48,114 bases of DNA from sequence record OZ346203.1; one strand, written 5' to 3'. How positions within the stretch are numbered: the first letter of the stretch is position 1; every line of letters starts with the position of its first letter. Origin of the DNA: a phage. Below the pieces are notes generated by a model. It was not told where the DNA came from and searched no databases. It worked only from the letters and a program-made list of their open reading frames with translations. The translations under genes were made by a program, and so were the position numbers. Positions 1 through 9,964 of the stretch are shown here, piece by piece.

Positions 1-1569
1 ATGATCATATGGGAAGATTTGACGGCGGCGCAAAAGCGAGCCATTAAAGAAATCAGTGAGCATTCATTCGAAAAGATGATCAGAATCTGGTTCCAGTTAT
101 TGCAGGGGCAAAAATTCCAGAGCAACTGGCATTTTAGCTTATTGTGCAGTGAGGTAGAGAAGATCATCAATGGAGAGTCGCAGAATGTGATTTTCAACAT
201 TACGCCAGGTAGCGGTAAGACTGAGATTTTCTCGATCCACATGTCACCCTACGCGTCATTGAAAAGCCGGAAAGTGAGAAACCTTAACCTTTCGTTTAGT
301 GATGGCCTTGTCCAGCAAAACAGCAACCGGATAAAGGAGATTATTGGTTCTCCTGAGTGGCAAGAGCTATGGCCAGGAAAACTGGCAAAGGCGAGCGCCA
401 AAGATCTGATAGTCACCGAAGGCGGCAAGGTTAAATTGCAAGTTAACTCACGTTCTATTGGCGGCCAGGTAACAGGTTTGCGTGGTGGCTATATGGACGA
501 TGGTTTTACTGGTATGCTGGTTCTTGATGATCCAGACAAGCCGGATGATATGCTTTCTAAGGTAAAGCGTGAGGCTATCCACATGCGGTTAAAAAACACA
601 GTGCGATCGCGTCGAATGAAAGACACCACGCCGATTGTTATGGTGCAACAGCGACTACACGTTAATGATTCCACCTGGTTTATGCTTAATGGCGGGATGG
701 GTGGTATCGAGTTTAAAGTTGTGAGCATTCCGGCGCTGGTTACGGAAGAATACCGCGAGACGCTTCCTGATTGGTTGAAGCCTGAATTTGATCGTGATGT
801 GCTGTCAAGTAAGCCAGTGATGATAGATGGCGTTGCTCATTATTCATTTTGGCCTGCAAAGGAAAGCGCGGAGGAATTGCTTGCATTGCGCAATGCAGAT
901 CCTTACACGTTCGCCAGCCAATACCAACAGCAACCAATCGCGCTTGGCGGGAACGTGTTTAAAACAGAGTGGTTCCAGTATTACGGCAACGGCGAAAAAT
1001 GCGCGCTACCAAAACCGGATCGCTTTGAATACACATTTATTACTGGAGATACCGCGCAGAAGGCCGGAGAGCTTAACGACTATTCAGTTTTTTGTTATTG
1101 GGGGATGTATAAGAATCGCGTTTACTTCATTGATGGCATTCGCGGAAAGTGGGAAGCGCCGGATCTTGAATTAAATTTTATTGCCTTCGTTAACCAGTGT
1201 TGGAAGCGCAATAAAGAGTGTGGCAGCTTGCGACGTATCCACATTGAGGATAAGGCCAGCGGCACGGGCTTGATTCAGGGGGCCAAAAAGAAGATACCGA
1301 TTGATATAAATCCCGTTCAGCGAAGTAATGACAAGGTAACGCGCGCAATGGACGCCGCACCAGTGATGAGGGCCGGACGTGTGGCACTGCCAGAAAATCA
1401 CCCCATGCTGCCTGAGATACTGGCAGAGGTTGCAGCATTCACTTTTGATGATTCTCATCCCCATGATGATATTGTCGATAATATAGTTGATGCTGTTAAC
1501 GTCGAAATGAATTTGGCAGATGATCCGGTAGCAAGGATGAAAAAGTTGGCAGGTCTACGCAATAAATAG
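1..1569 (+). CDS. terL: terminase large subunit
   Basis: 522-aa ORF starting at ATG nt 1; Walker A-like PGSGKT and Walker B-like LVLDDPD, acidic nuclease-type C-terminal half; sits between terS (window end) and portal. Confidence 0.85.
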   Translation: MIIWEDLTAAQKRAIKEISEHSFEKMIRIWFQLLQGQKFQSNWHFSLLCSEVEKIINGESQNVIFNITPGSGKTEIFSIHMSPYASLKSRKVRNLNLSFSDGLVQQNSNRIKEIIGSPEWQELWPGKLAKASAKDLIVTEGGKVKLQVNSRSIGGQVTGLRGGYMDDGFTGMLVLDDPDKPDDMLSKVKREAIHMRLKNTVRSRRMKDTTPIVMVQQRLHVNDSTWFMLNGGMGGIEFKVVSIPALVTEEYRETLPDWLKPEFDRDVLSSKPVMIDGVAHYSFWPAKESAEELLALRNADPYTFASQYQQQPIALGGNVFKTEWFQYYGNGEKCALPKPDRFEYTFITGDTAQKAGELNDYSVFCYWGMYKNRVYFIDGIRGKWEAPDLELNFIAFVNQCWKRNKECGSLRRIHIEDKASGTGLIQGAKKKIPIDINPVQRSNDKVTRAMDAAPVMRAGRVALPENHPMLPEILAEVAAFTFDDSHPHDDIVDNIVDAVNVEMNLADDPVARMKKLAGLRNK

Positions 1570-1595
1570 CACTAATTGCTAAAAAGTTATATAAT
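1566..1595 (+). promoter_or_regulatory. degenerate copy of the conserved element plus TATAAT after terL
   Basis: ATAGCAC-TAA-TTGCTA with TATAAT only 8 bp downstream; overlaps terL stop TAG. Confidence 0.3.
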
Positions 1596-1598
1596 CAA

Positions 1599-1622
1599 GG
1601 CTGGATTTTTCCAGCCTTTTTT
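1599..1622 (+). terminator. intrinsic terminator after terL
   Basis: GGCTGGA/TCCAGCC stem followed by T6. Confidence 0.6.
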
Positions 1623-1639
1623 ATTATGGAGATTTGAAG

Positions 1640-2932
1640 ATGAGCGAAAAAACAAGGCTAGTTAAGGCCGATGGATACAACGAGATTTTCAAGGGTAGCA
1701 AGGGCAATGGGCGTGTGGAGTTGCCTTTCTTTATGCAAGGGTTCGAATACACCACGCACGCTGATTTTTACATTCGCGACGGCCTAGCAAAACGAATCAT
1801 CGACGTTGTTCCAGAAGAAATGGTGACGCCTGGATTTAATATTGACGGCGTGGAAGATGAGGAAAGTTTTAGATCTTTGTGGGATGAGAAGCGACTAAAC
1901 GATAAAATCATTGATGCGCTTTGCTGGTCGCGTCTTTTTGGTGGCGCGGCAATCGTGGCAATCGTTCAGGATGGCAGGTCGTTAAAGTCGCCTGTAGCGC
2001 CTGGTGCAACCCTTGAAGATGTTCGCGTTTACGATCGCTTTCAGGTTCGCGTAGAAAAGCGCGAAACTAATCCACGCAAGGTACGATATGGTGAGCCATT
2101 AATTTACACCATTGCGCCTGGTGCCGACTTGCCAGAATACCAGGTTCACTATTCGCGAATCTGTATTATCGACGGTGAGCGTCTACCAAATCAGCGACGT
2201 CAATCAAATGATGGGTGGGGTGAGTCGGTCCTGAATAAGCGACTTGTTGAGGCCATTTGTGATTATAACTACTGCGAAAACTTAGCAACTCAATTGTTGC
2301 GACGTAAGCAACAGGCAGTATGGAAAGCTAAAGGACTTGCCGATCTTTGTGATGATGATGATGGTGTTAACGCCGCGCGTTTGCGCCTTGCTCAAGTTGA
2401 TGATGAGGGTGGCGTAGGCCGTGCGATCGGTATTGATGCGGAAGATGAGGAATATGATGTTTTAAATTCTGATATTTCCGGCGTAGATTCATTCCTGGAA
2501 AAGAAGATGGATCGCATTGTATCTCTTTCCGGCATCCATGAAATCATCCTCAAAAACAAGAACGTTGGCGGTGTTAGTGCGAGCCAAAACACGGCGCTTG
2601 AAACCTTCTACAAGCTGATCGATCGAAAGAGAAAGGAGGAATACAAACCAATCCTTGAATTTCTGATCCCGTTCCTGATTCAAGAGGAAGAATGGAGTAT
2701 TCAGTTTGCGCCGTTAAGCGTTCCAAGTGAAAAGGACCAGGCCGAGATCTTGAACAAGAACATTGATTCTTTGAGCAAGGCTATTGACGGTCAATTCATG
2801 GACACAGAGGAGGCGCGCGACACATTGCGAGCCATTGCGCCTAACGTTAAACTAAAAGACGGCAATGACATTAAATTACCTGAGCAGGACGTAGAGCCGG
2901 AGCCAGGAACAACCGAGGGTGACGATCAATGA
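1640..2932 (+). CDS. portal protein (putative)
   Basis: 430 aa from ATG 1640 (track start 1634 is TTG) with GGAG RBS; follows terL, precedes head morphogenesis gene; acidic C-terminus. Confidence 0.7.
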   Translation: MSEKTRLVKADGYNEIFKGSKGNGRVELPFFMQGFEYTTHADFYIRDGLAKRIIDVVPEEMVTPGFNIDGVEDEESFRSLWDEKRLNDKIIDALCWSRLFGGAAIVAIVQDGRSLKSPVAPGATLEDVRVYDRFQVRVEKRETNPRKVRYGEPLIYTIAPGADLPEYQVHYSRICIIDGERLPNQRRQSNDGWGESVLNKRLVEAICDYNYCENLATQLLRRKQQAVWKAKGLADLCDDDDGVNAARLRLAQVDDEGGVGRAIGIDAEDEEYDVLNSDISGVDSFLEKKMDRIVSLSGIHEIILKNKNVGGVSASQNTALETFYKLIDRKRKEEYKPILEFLIPFLIQEEEWSIQFAPLSVPSEKDQAEILNKNIDSLSKAIDGQFMDTEEARDTLRAIAPNVKLKDGNDIKLPEQDVEPEPGTTEGDDQ

Positions 2933-3684
2933 TAGTGAAAGGCGTCGTTAAACAATGGCGCTTTCCTGAAGCAAGCGAGCGGCAATTGCGCCGCTCAATT
3001 CAGGAGGCGGTAAGGGATCTTGTTGTGCTGATGCGCAGCAAAACAAGGGAAATGAAATTTGATGCGGATACCGAAGAAATCAACGCCGCAGAGGATGAGA
3101 TTAGCAGCCTCGCGTTAAAGCTAATAGCTGGCATCGCCGCATCGCTTCCGGCTGTCGGCCTTGCTGTGTATAAATTCAACTCAAAGCAATTTATTAACGT
3201 AGCGAAATCAACGGGAGGTAAGTCAAATTCCGCCGTTATCATCCTTATGGCTATTGGGGCCAATGCGAATGAGAGTTGGTATAGGACGCTATACGGTCAA
3301 TGGCATGACATGACGATCGCATCTCTTCAAAAACTATTTGGAAACATCGTGTCTGACTGGTCAACCAATATCAGATCGGCAAACTTTCGCGGAATGAGAG
3401 ATAGTCAGGTCAATGAATTGGCTGGTAAGAGATTTGCGGTGTATAGCTCTTGGGGTAAGACCAGGGCGGAAAACATCATAGGCGCTTGGAATAGTAGACT
3501 CATGCGCCAGCGTCTTTATGATGCAAAAGTAACTCATTATTTTTGGCATGGTATGCTTGATGACAGAGAGCGATTGCAGCATGTACAATGGGAAGGTAAG
3601 CGCATTGCGCTAGATTCTGAACATGATTTTCCTGGTGAGCCTTTCGGTTGTCGTTGTTGGGCTATACCAGATTGGAATAGTTAA
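2929..3684 (+). CDS. head morphogenesis protein (Mu F-like / minor head protein, putative)
   Basis: 251 aa; ATGA start overlap with portal stop; position after portal. Confidence 0.5.
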   Translation: MIVKGVVKQWRFPEASERQLRRSIQEAVRDLVVLMRSKTREMKFDADTEEINAAEDEISSLALKLIAGIAASLPAVGLAVYKFNSKQFINVAKSTGGKSNSAVIILMAIGANANESWYRTLYGQWHDMTIASLQKLFGNIVSDWSTNIRSANFRGMRDSQVNELAGKRFAVYSSWGKTRAENIIGAWNSRLMRQRLYDAKVTHYFWHGMLDDRERLQHVQWEGKRIALDSEHDFPGEPFGCRCWAIPDWNS

Positions 3685-3694
3685 GAGGTATTAA

Positions 3695-4810
3695 ATGAAA
3701 GCAAAACAAAGATTTGATAGCGCCAAAGTAAAGGCGCACTTTGATGATAACGGGTTTTTAGTTGATCGCCCTATCGTGGCGCGAATTGGTTTACAAGTCT
3801 ATCAGACTCCTTTCGGTGAGCGCCGAGAATTTCGTCCGGCGTCCGAAGTATTCAAGGCCGACTCGCTCGCCACCTTCGCAGGGAAGCCAGTCACGGTTGG
3901 TCACGTCACGGTAACGCCAGAAAACGCCGAAAAGGTTGTGGTTGGTTCTTGTGCTGGCGCTGGTGTTCCTAACGGGATCGGCGTAGAGGTTCCGTTAAGC
4001 ATTTACTCAAAACGAGCAATCGAAAGCGCGAAGAAGCGAGACACGGCGGAAATTTCAGTTGGTTATACATCGGTTGATATTGATAAACCAGGCTGGGGCA
4101 ATAATAAAACTGGTGAGTACGTTTTCGATGAGGACGTTAGCGAAGACTGGAAACCTGATTCTCCTGATTGGGTTAAGTTTGATGCAATCCAGACTGAAAT
4201 CAAGGTAAACCACATCGCGTTAGTTTTCCGAGGTCGAGCTGGCATTGCAAAATTAAACCTTGATAGCCAGCAAGATTTTCCGTATAGTGACGACGTTATT
4301 AACAACAAAGAGGATCAAATCATGACTGTAAAAATTAAACTGGATGGCGCTGTAGAGTTTGACGTGCCGAAAGCAGTTGCGGATCACATTGAATCACTGA
4401 AAGCTGATGCCAAAGCGCAGAAAGAAAAGGCGGACGGCCTGGAAGCTGAGCGAGACGCACTGCAAACCAAAGTAGATGGCATTCAGGATCAGATTGATGC
4501 CGCAGTCAAGAAAGCCAAAGAAGATGCCGCGCAACATGCTCAATTAGTAGCGGACGCTAAAGAGTTAGGCATCAAGTGCGACGGCCTGGATGCGAAAGCA
4601 ATCAAGGTTGCATACATCAAAGAAGTTATGGGAAATGACGTTTCCGATAAAACTGATGCCTATATCGAAACAGCTTTCGACATTGCCAAAAACTCTGATA
4701 AAATGGCGGCGCAGCGTAAGAGCATTAAAGGTGACTCTTTCGCGAATGAAAAGCAGGATGACGCAGGTTCTAAGCTGAATCCTAACGCTCGTTTTGAGAA
4801 ACTGAAATAA
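3695..4810 (+). CDS. putative scaffolding / prohead-processing protein
   Basis: 371 aa; C-terminal half is charged and predicted coiled coil (LKADAKAQKEKADGLEAERDALQTK...); upstream of capsid genes. Confidence 0.45.
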   Translation: MKAKQRFDSAKVKAHFDDNGFLVDRPIVARIGLQVYQTPFGERREFRPASEVFKADSLATFAGKPVTVGHVTVTPENAEKVVVGSCAGAGVPNGIGVEVPLSIYSKRAIESAKKRDTAEISVGYTSVDIDKPGWGNNKTGEYVFDEDVSEDWKPDSPDWVKFDAIQTEIKVNHIALVFRGRAGIAKLNLDSQQDFPYSDDVINNKEDQIMTVKIKLDGAVEFDVPKAVADHIESLKADAKAQKEKADGLEAERDALQTKVDGIQDQIDAAVKKAKEDAAQHAQLVADAKELGIKCDGLDAKAIKVAYIKEVMGNDVSDKTDAYIETAFDIAKNSDKMAAQRKSIKGDSFANEKQDDAGSKLNPNARFEKLK

Positions 4811-4822
4811 GGAGTAATTAAA

Positions 4823-5332
4823 ATGGCTAAAATTGGAGCAAGTTATTTTGACACTATGGCGCGCGCTCTTCCTGGTCAGGTATCCGATACTTCGGCATAT
4901 AACATCGACGGCGCTTGTGTTCTTGACAAGGATGATGGAATCGCTATCCCCGTTGGCGTGGCGGTAAAATTAAAAGGCGTAGATTCTATGGGTAACAAAC
5001 TTATCGACGCCATCACTTCAAGCGGTGACGTTCCTTATGGCGTGGCTATCCGATCGCACTTCCAGACAACCGGAGAAAACGGTCGTATGGTTTATGAAGT
5101 TGGTGGAGGCATCAACGTCATGACAGAGGGTAGAGTTTGGATGGTCGTAGATGATTCCGATAAGGAAAAGACTCCACAATATCGCGAGCCTGTGAAAATT
5201 GATGATTCCACAGGATTTGTTAAAAGTTCTGGAGCAATTACAACGAACTGGATCTTTACTGGCGATAAAACAACTTACGGTTCTGGTCAGGATGTGATTA
5301 CATTGTTTGAAGTTCAGGTCTTCCCAAGCTAA
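4823..5332 (+). CDS. putative capsid-associated structural protein, paralog A
   Basis: 169 aa; shares YNIDG, GVA-RS, WIFTGD motifs with the next gene; followed by a terminator. Confidence 0.4.
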   Translation: MAKIGASYFDTMARALPGQVSDTSAYNIDGACVLDKDDGIAIPVGVAVKLKGVDSMGNKLIDAITSSGDVPYGVAIRSHFQTTGENGRMVYEVGGGINVMTEGRVWMVVDDSDKEKTPQYREPVKIDDSTGFVKSSGAITTNWIFTGDKTTYGSGQDVITLFEVQVFPS

Positions 5333-5338
5333 AATCAA

Positions 5339-5362
5339 GGCGCTCGCTTGAGCGCCTTTTTT
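5339..5362 (+). terminator. intrinsic terminator
   Basis: GGCGCTC/GAGCGCC stem plus T6. Confidence 0.6.
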
Positions 5363-5382
5363 ATTATGTAAGGAGAAATAAA

Positions 5383-6165
5383 ATGGCTAAAGATTATTCA
5401 TCTGTTATGGGTCTTTCTTGCCCTGGTTGTTTGGTTGATTCTACTCGCTACAATATTGATGGTACTGGCGTTTGTGGTTCTGAATCGATCATTGCTGGTA
5501 AGGTTGTTTTCTTTAAGGAGAGAATCGGCGGTTACAACATATTTGTTGACCACAAAGAGGAGGACGCTGTGGTTGCGGGTGTTGCGCTAAGGAGCAACAT
5601 AACAACGACAGTTAACGAGGAAGACGGGTATTCCGACTACAAGGAAGGAGACTCCATCAACATTTTGACAAGAGGTGTTGTATGGTGTGTAACTCAAACA
5701 ATTGAATCTCCCCCTGAGCATGGGGATCTTGTTTATGTTAACAATGATGGTTTTGTAGCAAAGAGTGATGGCGATGAAATCGTCGATGGCTGGATTTTTA
5801 CTGGTGACTTCTACAAGTTTGATGAAACAATAAACATAGTAGGAGTAAGGATAACGCCGCTTCATCATAGAAAATACCTTCTTACTGGTGCGATTATTGA
5901 GGCTGAAAATGGATACATAGAGGGCACAGAGACGATCAATAACGTTCAATTAAAGGTAACGGTTGTTCCGACTTGGGCTGATGACAAAACGGGTCAGTGG
6001 ACAATTACAAATCCACAAGATCCAAAGGTTGCCAGTGTTAGCCGCACAGGTCTTGTTGTTCCTACTGGTGTAGGAGGCAGAGTTAATGTCAACTGGACTG
6101 CTAATGATGGTTCTGGAGTTGCTGACCAGTTTGATATTGTATTTAAGAAAACCGCTGGCGCATAA
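5383..6165 (+). CDS. putative capsid-associated structural/decoration protein, paralog B with C-terminal extension
   Basis: 260 aa; N-terminal two-thirds paralogous to 4823-5332; extra beta-rich C-terminal domain. Confidence 0.4.
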   Translation: MAKDYSSVMGLSCPGCLVDSTRYNIDGTGVCGSESIIAGKVVFFKERIGGYNIFVDHKEEDAVVAGVALRSNITTTVNEEDGYSDYKEGDSINILTRGVVWCVTQTIESPPEHGDLVYVNNDGFVAKSDGDEIVDGWIFTGDFYKFDETINIVGVRITPLHHRKYLLTGAIIEAENGYIEGTETINNVQLKVTVVPTWADDKTGQWTITNPQDPKVASVSRTGLVVPTGVGGRVNVNWTANDGSGVADQFDIVFKKTAGA

Positions 6166-6192
6166 CTGATAGCATAAAAAAACATTGCACGT

Positions 6193-6209
6193 TTAACAAA
6201 AAGTGCTAT
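6193..6209 (+). promoter_or_regulatory. reverse-oriented copy of the conserved element (TTAACAAAAAGTGCTAT) upstream of major capsid gene
   Basis: same 17-mer as the early promoters but in opposite orientation to the downstream gene; followed by terminator and RBS. Confidence 0.35.
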
Positions 6210-6215
6210 CATCTA

Positions 6216-6241
6216 GGCCGTTACATTTAACGGCCTTTTTT
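6216..6241 (+). terminator. intrinsic terminator upstream of capsid gene
   Basis: GGCCGTTA/TAACGGCC stem plus T6. Confidence 0.6.
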
Positions 6242-6255
6242 ATGGAGGAAGCAAA

Positions 6256-7227
6256 ATGGCTAAAAAATATGATGAACTAGATGCTACGATTGTAGCGAAT
6301 CATTTGCAGATTCAGGGTGTTAAGTCCGACGCTTCTGATATGGGTATTTGGACCGCTCAAGAGCTACACAAGATCCGCTCTACCGCATACGAGAAAGAGT
6401 ATCCGGCAGGTTCCGCGCTTCGCGTATTCCCTGTAACAAACGAGCTTTCTGATACTGATAAGACTTTCGAGTATCAGACTTTTGATAAGGTTGGCTACGC
6501 GAAAATTATCGCCGACTACACCGATGATCTGCCGACCGTGGACGCGCTGATGACTTCTGAGTTTGGCAAAGTGTTCCGCCTGGGTAACGCTTATCTGATC
6601 TCCATTGATGAGATTAAAGCAGGTCAGCGAACTGGCAAGAGCCTGTCAACTCGCAAGGCTAACGCTGCGCAAAATGCACATGATCAGTTGATTAACTTCC
6701 TGGTGTTCAAAGGTTCCAAGCCTCATAAAATCGTTTCCGTTTTCAATCACCCTAACCTTACGAAAATTGTTTCTAAAGGGTGGATGAGCCAGGACGGCAA
6801 CACCAAGTTCCCGGAAGTGGCAAGCGATGAACTGGAGGCTGCAATCGAAACGATCGAGGAAGTAACCAAAGGTCAGCACCGCGCGACTAACATCCTGATC
6901 CCGCCGTCCATGCGTAAAGTCCTGACGGTTCGAATGGAAAATACCACTGAAAGTTATCTTGAATACTTCCAGAAGCAAAACGGCGGTATCACTATCGACT
7001 CTATCGCAGAGCTTGAGGATATTGACGGCAAAGGTACGAAAGGTTGCTTGGTTTACGAAAAAGATCCAATGAACATGAGCATTGAGATTCCAGAAGCGTT
7101 TAACATGCTTCCGGCGCAGCCAAAAGACCTACATTTCAAGGTTCCTTGCACTTCCAAGTGTACTGGCCTTACGATTTATCGTCCGTTTACGATGGTGCTT
7201 ATTACTGGCTTGAAAAAAGCTGGGTAA
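6256..7227 (+). CDS. major capsid protein (putative)
   Basis: 323 aa; strong GGAGG RBS; flanked by intrinsic terminators on both sides, typical of a highly expressed capsid gene. Confidence 0.7.
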   Translation: MAKKYDELDATIVANHLQIQGVKSDASDMGIWTAQELHKIRSTAYEKEYPAGSALRVFPVTNELSDTDKTFEYQTFDKVGYAKIIADYTDDLPTVDALMTSEFGKVFRLGNAYLISIDEIKAGQRTGKSLSTRKANAAQNAHDQLINFLVFKGSKPHKIVSVFNHPNLTKIVSKGWMSQDGNTKFPEVASDELEAAIETIEEVTKGQHRATNILIPPSMRKVLTVRMENTTESYLEYFQKQNGGITIDSIAELEDIDGKGTKGCLVYEKDPMNMSIEIPEAFNMLPAQPKDLHFKVPCTSKCTGLTIYRPFTMVLITGLKKAG

Positions 7228-7238
7228 TTAGATAACAT

Positions 7239-7268
7239 GGGGAGCCTTAAGGGTTCCCCCTTTTTTTT
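7239..7268 (+). terminator. intrinsic terminator after major capsid gene
   Basis: GGGGAGCC/GGGTTCCCC stem plus T8. Confidence 0.65.
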
Positions 7269-7286
7269 ATTTATGGAGTACACAAA

Positions 7287-7553
7287 ATGAGCAAAACTTT
7301 AAAACTTAAAGTAACTGGCGTTTGCATGATTATTATGGACGGTAAGCGTTATCATCCTGGCGATGAAATTGAAATTGAATCCGATCGCATTAATGATTCC
7401 GCAGTTGAATACCTGATCGCTCGCGGTGATGTGGAAGTTAAAGACAATTCCGAAATTAACGAGCAAATCAAGGCGAAAGCGGAGAAGAAGCGCAAAAAAG
7501 ATCCTACCGAGGGTAAGAGCCGCAAAGAGCTAGAGGATGGCGGCGAATATTAA
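7287..7553 (+). CDS. hypothetical protein (head module)
   Basis: 88 aa; GGAG RBS; lysine-rich C-terminus. Confidence 0.5.
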   Translation: MSKTLKLKVTGVCMIIMDGKRYHPGDEIEIESDRINDSAVEYLIARGDVEVKDNSEINEQIKAKAEKKRKKDPTEGKSRKELEDGGEY

Positions 7554-7599
7554 TAATTGGGGCGCTTATGCGCCCTTTGTCACATCTGGAGAAAACAAA

Positions 7600-8019
7600 A
7601 TGGTAGATGAATTTTACACAGACGCTGAAATCATGCAGCAAATCGTAAAGTTAGCCCCACCAATGCAACAAGTTGATCCCGATTTAATTGTGGCATGGAT
7701 TGAGCTTGCTAAAGAGTTTGTTTGCAAAAAACGGTTTAAAAACTCATACCCGAAAGCGGTTGCGCTTTACACTCTTCACCTTATGACCTTAGACGGGGCA
7801 ATGAAACAGGAAGGTGAAAGCGTAGAAAGCTACTCCCGCCGCGTTGCCTCGTTCACTCTGACTGGTGAGTTTAGTCAGACGTTTGATCGAATTTCTTCCG
7901 ATACAAGCGGAAAGCAGATCCGACAAACGCCGTGGGGCAAAATGTACGAAGTGTTAAACCGTAAGCACGGTGGCGGCTTTGGCCTTGTGACTGGATTGCG
8001 CCGGAGATGCTGCCGATGA
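7600..8019 (+). CDS. putative head-tail connector/adaptor protein
   Basis: 139 aa from ATG 7600 (after hairpin 7558-7576 and GGAG RBS); track start 7537 lies upstream of the hairpin. Confidence 0.4.
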   Translation: MVDEFYTDAEIMQQIVKLAPPMQQVDPDLIVAWIELAKEFVCKKRFKNSYPKAVALYTLHLMTLDGAMKQEGESVESYSRRVASFTLTGEFSQTFDRISSDTSGKQIRQTPWGKMYEVLNRKHGGGFGLVTGLRRRCCR

Positions 8020-8387
8020 ACTACAATGAGATTGCAAGAATGGCTACGGCTGGGATTAACTTTTTCAGCGATGCTAACGGTATGTTTAAGTGCATCACGC
8101 AGCAGGGAGGGGTTGAGATTATCGGCGGAGAGGAAGTTACCAAGCCGGAGATTTCAGTGATGATAAAGGGGCTTGTTAGATCTCCGAGGACTAGAGAGGT
8201 TGACGGTGAAACAATCCGAGTAACCGACAAGTTGGGGATATTCACCAATGAAACTGAGATCAAAAATGGTTATCAGATTGAAGTTGATGGCGAACGTTAT
8301 GTTGTCGTTGAAGCAAGACCAGTCAGGCAGACTAACATCACGGCGGCTTATCGTCCAATATTAAGGAGGATTGCTGTGCATGGCTGA
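8016..8387 (+). CDS. putative head-tail joining protein
   Basis: 123 aa; ATGA overlap with upstream stop; GGAG RBS. Confidence 0.4.
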   Translation: MNYNEIARMATAGINFFSDANGMFKCITQQGGVEIIGGEEVTKPEISVMIKGLVRSPRTREVDGETIRVTDKLGIFTNETEIKNGYQIEVDGERYVVVEARPVRQTNITAAYRPILRRIAVHG

Positions 8388-8823
8388 TAATTATAAGATC
8401 AGGGAATTTCACGGTGATATAAGCAGGTGGATTGATTCAGTAAGCAGCGGCCTTGTTGATTGCGTTGAAATGTTCGCGACAAACGTCCACGAGGATCTTG
8501 TAAATCGCTCGCCAGTTGATACGGGCCGATATAAAGCCAACTGGCAGATAACAGCAAACAAGCCGCCGCTATATGCGCTCAACCAATACGATCGCGATGG
8601 TGGTAAAACCATTGCAGAAGGTAAGCGAGCAATATATGCAATCATGCGTGGCGGTGGCGCGGTGCGGTCAATCTATTTTTCAAACATGCTCATTTACGCC
8701 AACGCGCTTGAATACGGGCATTCAAAACAAGCGCCGTCCGGCGTACTTGGAATCGTGGCGGTAAAGCTGCGATCTTATATGGCTAAGGCAATAAAGGATT
8801 CGAGGGCAAAAAATGCACTATGA
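8380..8823 (+). CDS. putative tail completion / neck protein
   Basis: 147 aa from ATG 8380 with AAGGAGGA RBS (track start 8371 is TTG). Confidence 0.4.
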   Translation: MADNYKIREFHGDISRWIDSVSSGLVDCVEMFATNVHEDLVNRSPVDTGRYKANWQITANKPPLYALNQYDRDGGKTIAEGKRAIYAIMRGGGAVRSIYFSNMLIYANALEYGHSKQAPSGVLGIVAVKLRSYMAKAIKDSRAKNAL

Positions 8824-9214
8824 TTTAATGTTGGCGGCAAGAAAGGCGCTGGCGGCTGAATATGAATCACGATTTAAGATAGCCTATGAAAACGTTGATT
8901 TTGTGCCGCCTGGAGATGGTTCTATGTGGTTAAAATTTAACTACATGGAAGTAGACACGGATCGCATATCTCTTGATAGAAAATGTGTTTCTTATATCGG
9001 TTTGGTTCAGGTTGGGATTGTCATTCCTCCTGGCGGTGGCACTGATAAAGCGCGTTTGCTGGCTAAAGAGATTGCGAGATTTTTCTATGATGGTAGAATG
9101 TTTGAAACTGGCTATATTAGCGAGGGGGCAAACGTCCACGCATTACTAAAAAGTGAAACAGGTTGGTTCTTGCCGATCCGTTTCAGTGTTAGGCTTGACA
9201 CAAAGGAGGAATAA
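8813..9214 (+). CDS. putative tail terminator / tail completion protein
   Basis: 133 aa; overlaps upstream stop; immediately precedes major tail protein. Confidence 0.4.
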   Translation: MHYDLMLAARKALAAEYESRFKIAYENVDFVPPGDGSMWLKFNYMEVDTDRISLDRKCVSYIGLVQVGIVIPPGGGTDKARLLAKEIARFFYDGRMFETGYISEGANVHALLKSETGWFLPIRFSVRLDTKEE

Positions 9215-9216
9215 TC

Positions 9217-9879
9217 ATGCACTTGCCTAATGGTTCTCAAATTTTCATCGGCGTTAATATGGGTGAGCCAATTAGCGCGACTCAAATCAGCAATGCTGAT
9301 AATCCTGTTTTTACAACCAAAAACACTCAAAGCATCAAAAAAGGCGCTTATGTTCTTATTGAAACATCTTCTTGGGGCAAACTTGTTAGTCGAGTGCTTC
9401 GAGTTAAGGAAGTATCAGATAATGTAAGTGTTACTCTTGAGGGTGTTAGCACTAAAGATACAAACGTATTTCCAGAAGGACAGAACACAGCAACTTTCCG
9501 AGAAGTGAAATCTTGGGTAGAGGTTCCTTGCGTGCAGGATCTTGCGCAGGACGGCGGCGAGCAACAGTATTACACTTATCAGTGTTTGGCTGATGACCAA
9601 GAGCAGCAGTTGCCGACCTACAAGAGCGCCGTTTCTCTCACCTATACTTTCGCGCATGAGTATGATAATCCGATTTATCCGATCTTGCGCGAGGCTGAGG
9701 AATCCGGCGACGTTACCGCCTTGCGTATGTACGTGCCGAAAGCTAAAGAGATGCGTTGCTGGGCTGGCGTGTTGTCTTTTAATGACATTCCGCAAACCAC
9801 CATGAACGAAATTGAAACTGTTTCCCTTTCCGTATCTCTGAAAGGTCGATTCACGTTCTTACCTTCTGACGTTAAGTAA
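9217..9879 (+). CDS. major tail (tube) protein (putative)
   Basis: 220 aa; AAGGAGG RBS; followed by strong terminator; directly upstream of G/GT chaperone and tape measure. Confidence 0.7.
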   Translation: MHLPNGSQIFIGVNMGEPISATQISNADNPVFTTKNTQSIKKGAYVLIETSSWGKLVSRVLRVKEVSDNVSVTLEGVSTKDTNVFPEGQNTATFREVKSWVEVPCVQDLAQDGGEQQYYTYQCLADDQEQQLPTYKSAVSLTYTFAHEYDNPIYPILREAEESGDVTALRMYVPKAKEMRCWAGVLSFNDIPQTTMNEIETVSLSVSLKGRFTFLPSDVK

Positions 9880-9884
9880 AACAA

Positions 9885-9906
9885 GGGGCGTTGCGCCCCT
9901 TTTTTC
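9885..9906 (+). terminator. intrinsic terminator after major tail gene
   Basis: GGGGCG/CGCCCC stem plus T6. Confidence 0.65.
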
Positions 9907-9947
9907 ATTCCTGTAAAATCAATCTATCAAATAAATTAATTCCACTT

Positions 9948-9964
9948 TTAACAAAAAGTGCTAT
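9948..9964 (+). promoter_or_regulatory. reverse-oriented copy of the conserved element abutting the RBS of chaperone G
   Basis: TTAACAAAAAGTGCTAT immediately followed by AAGGAG and ATG 9979. Confidence 0.35.
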
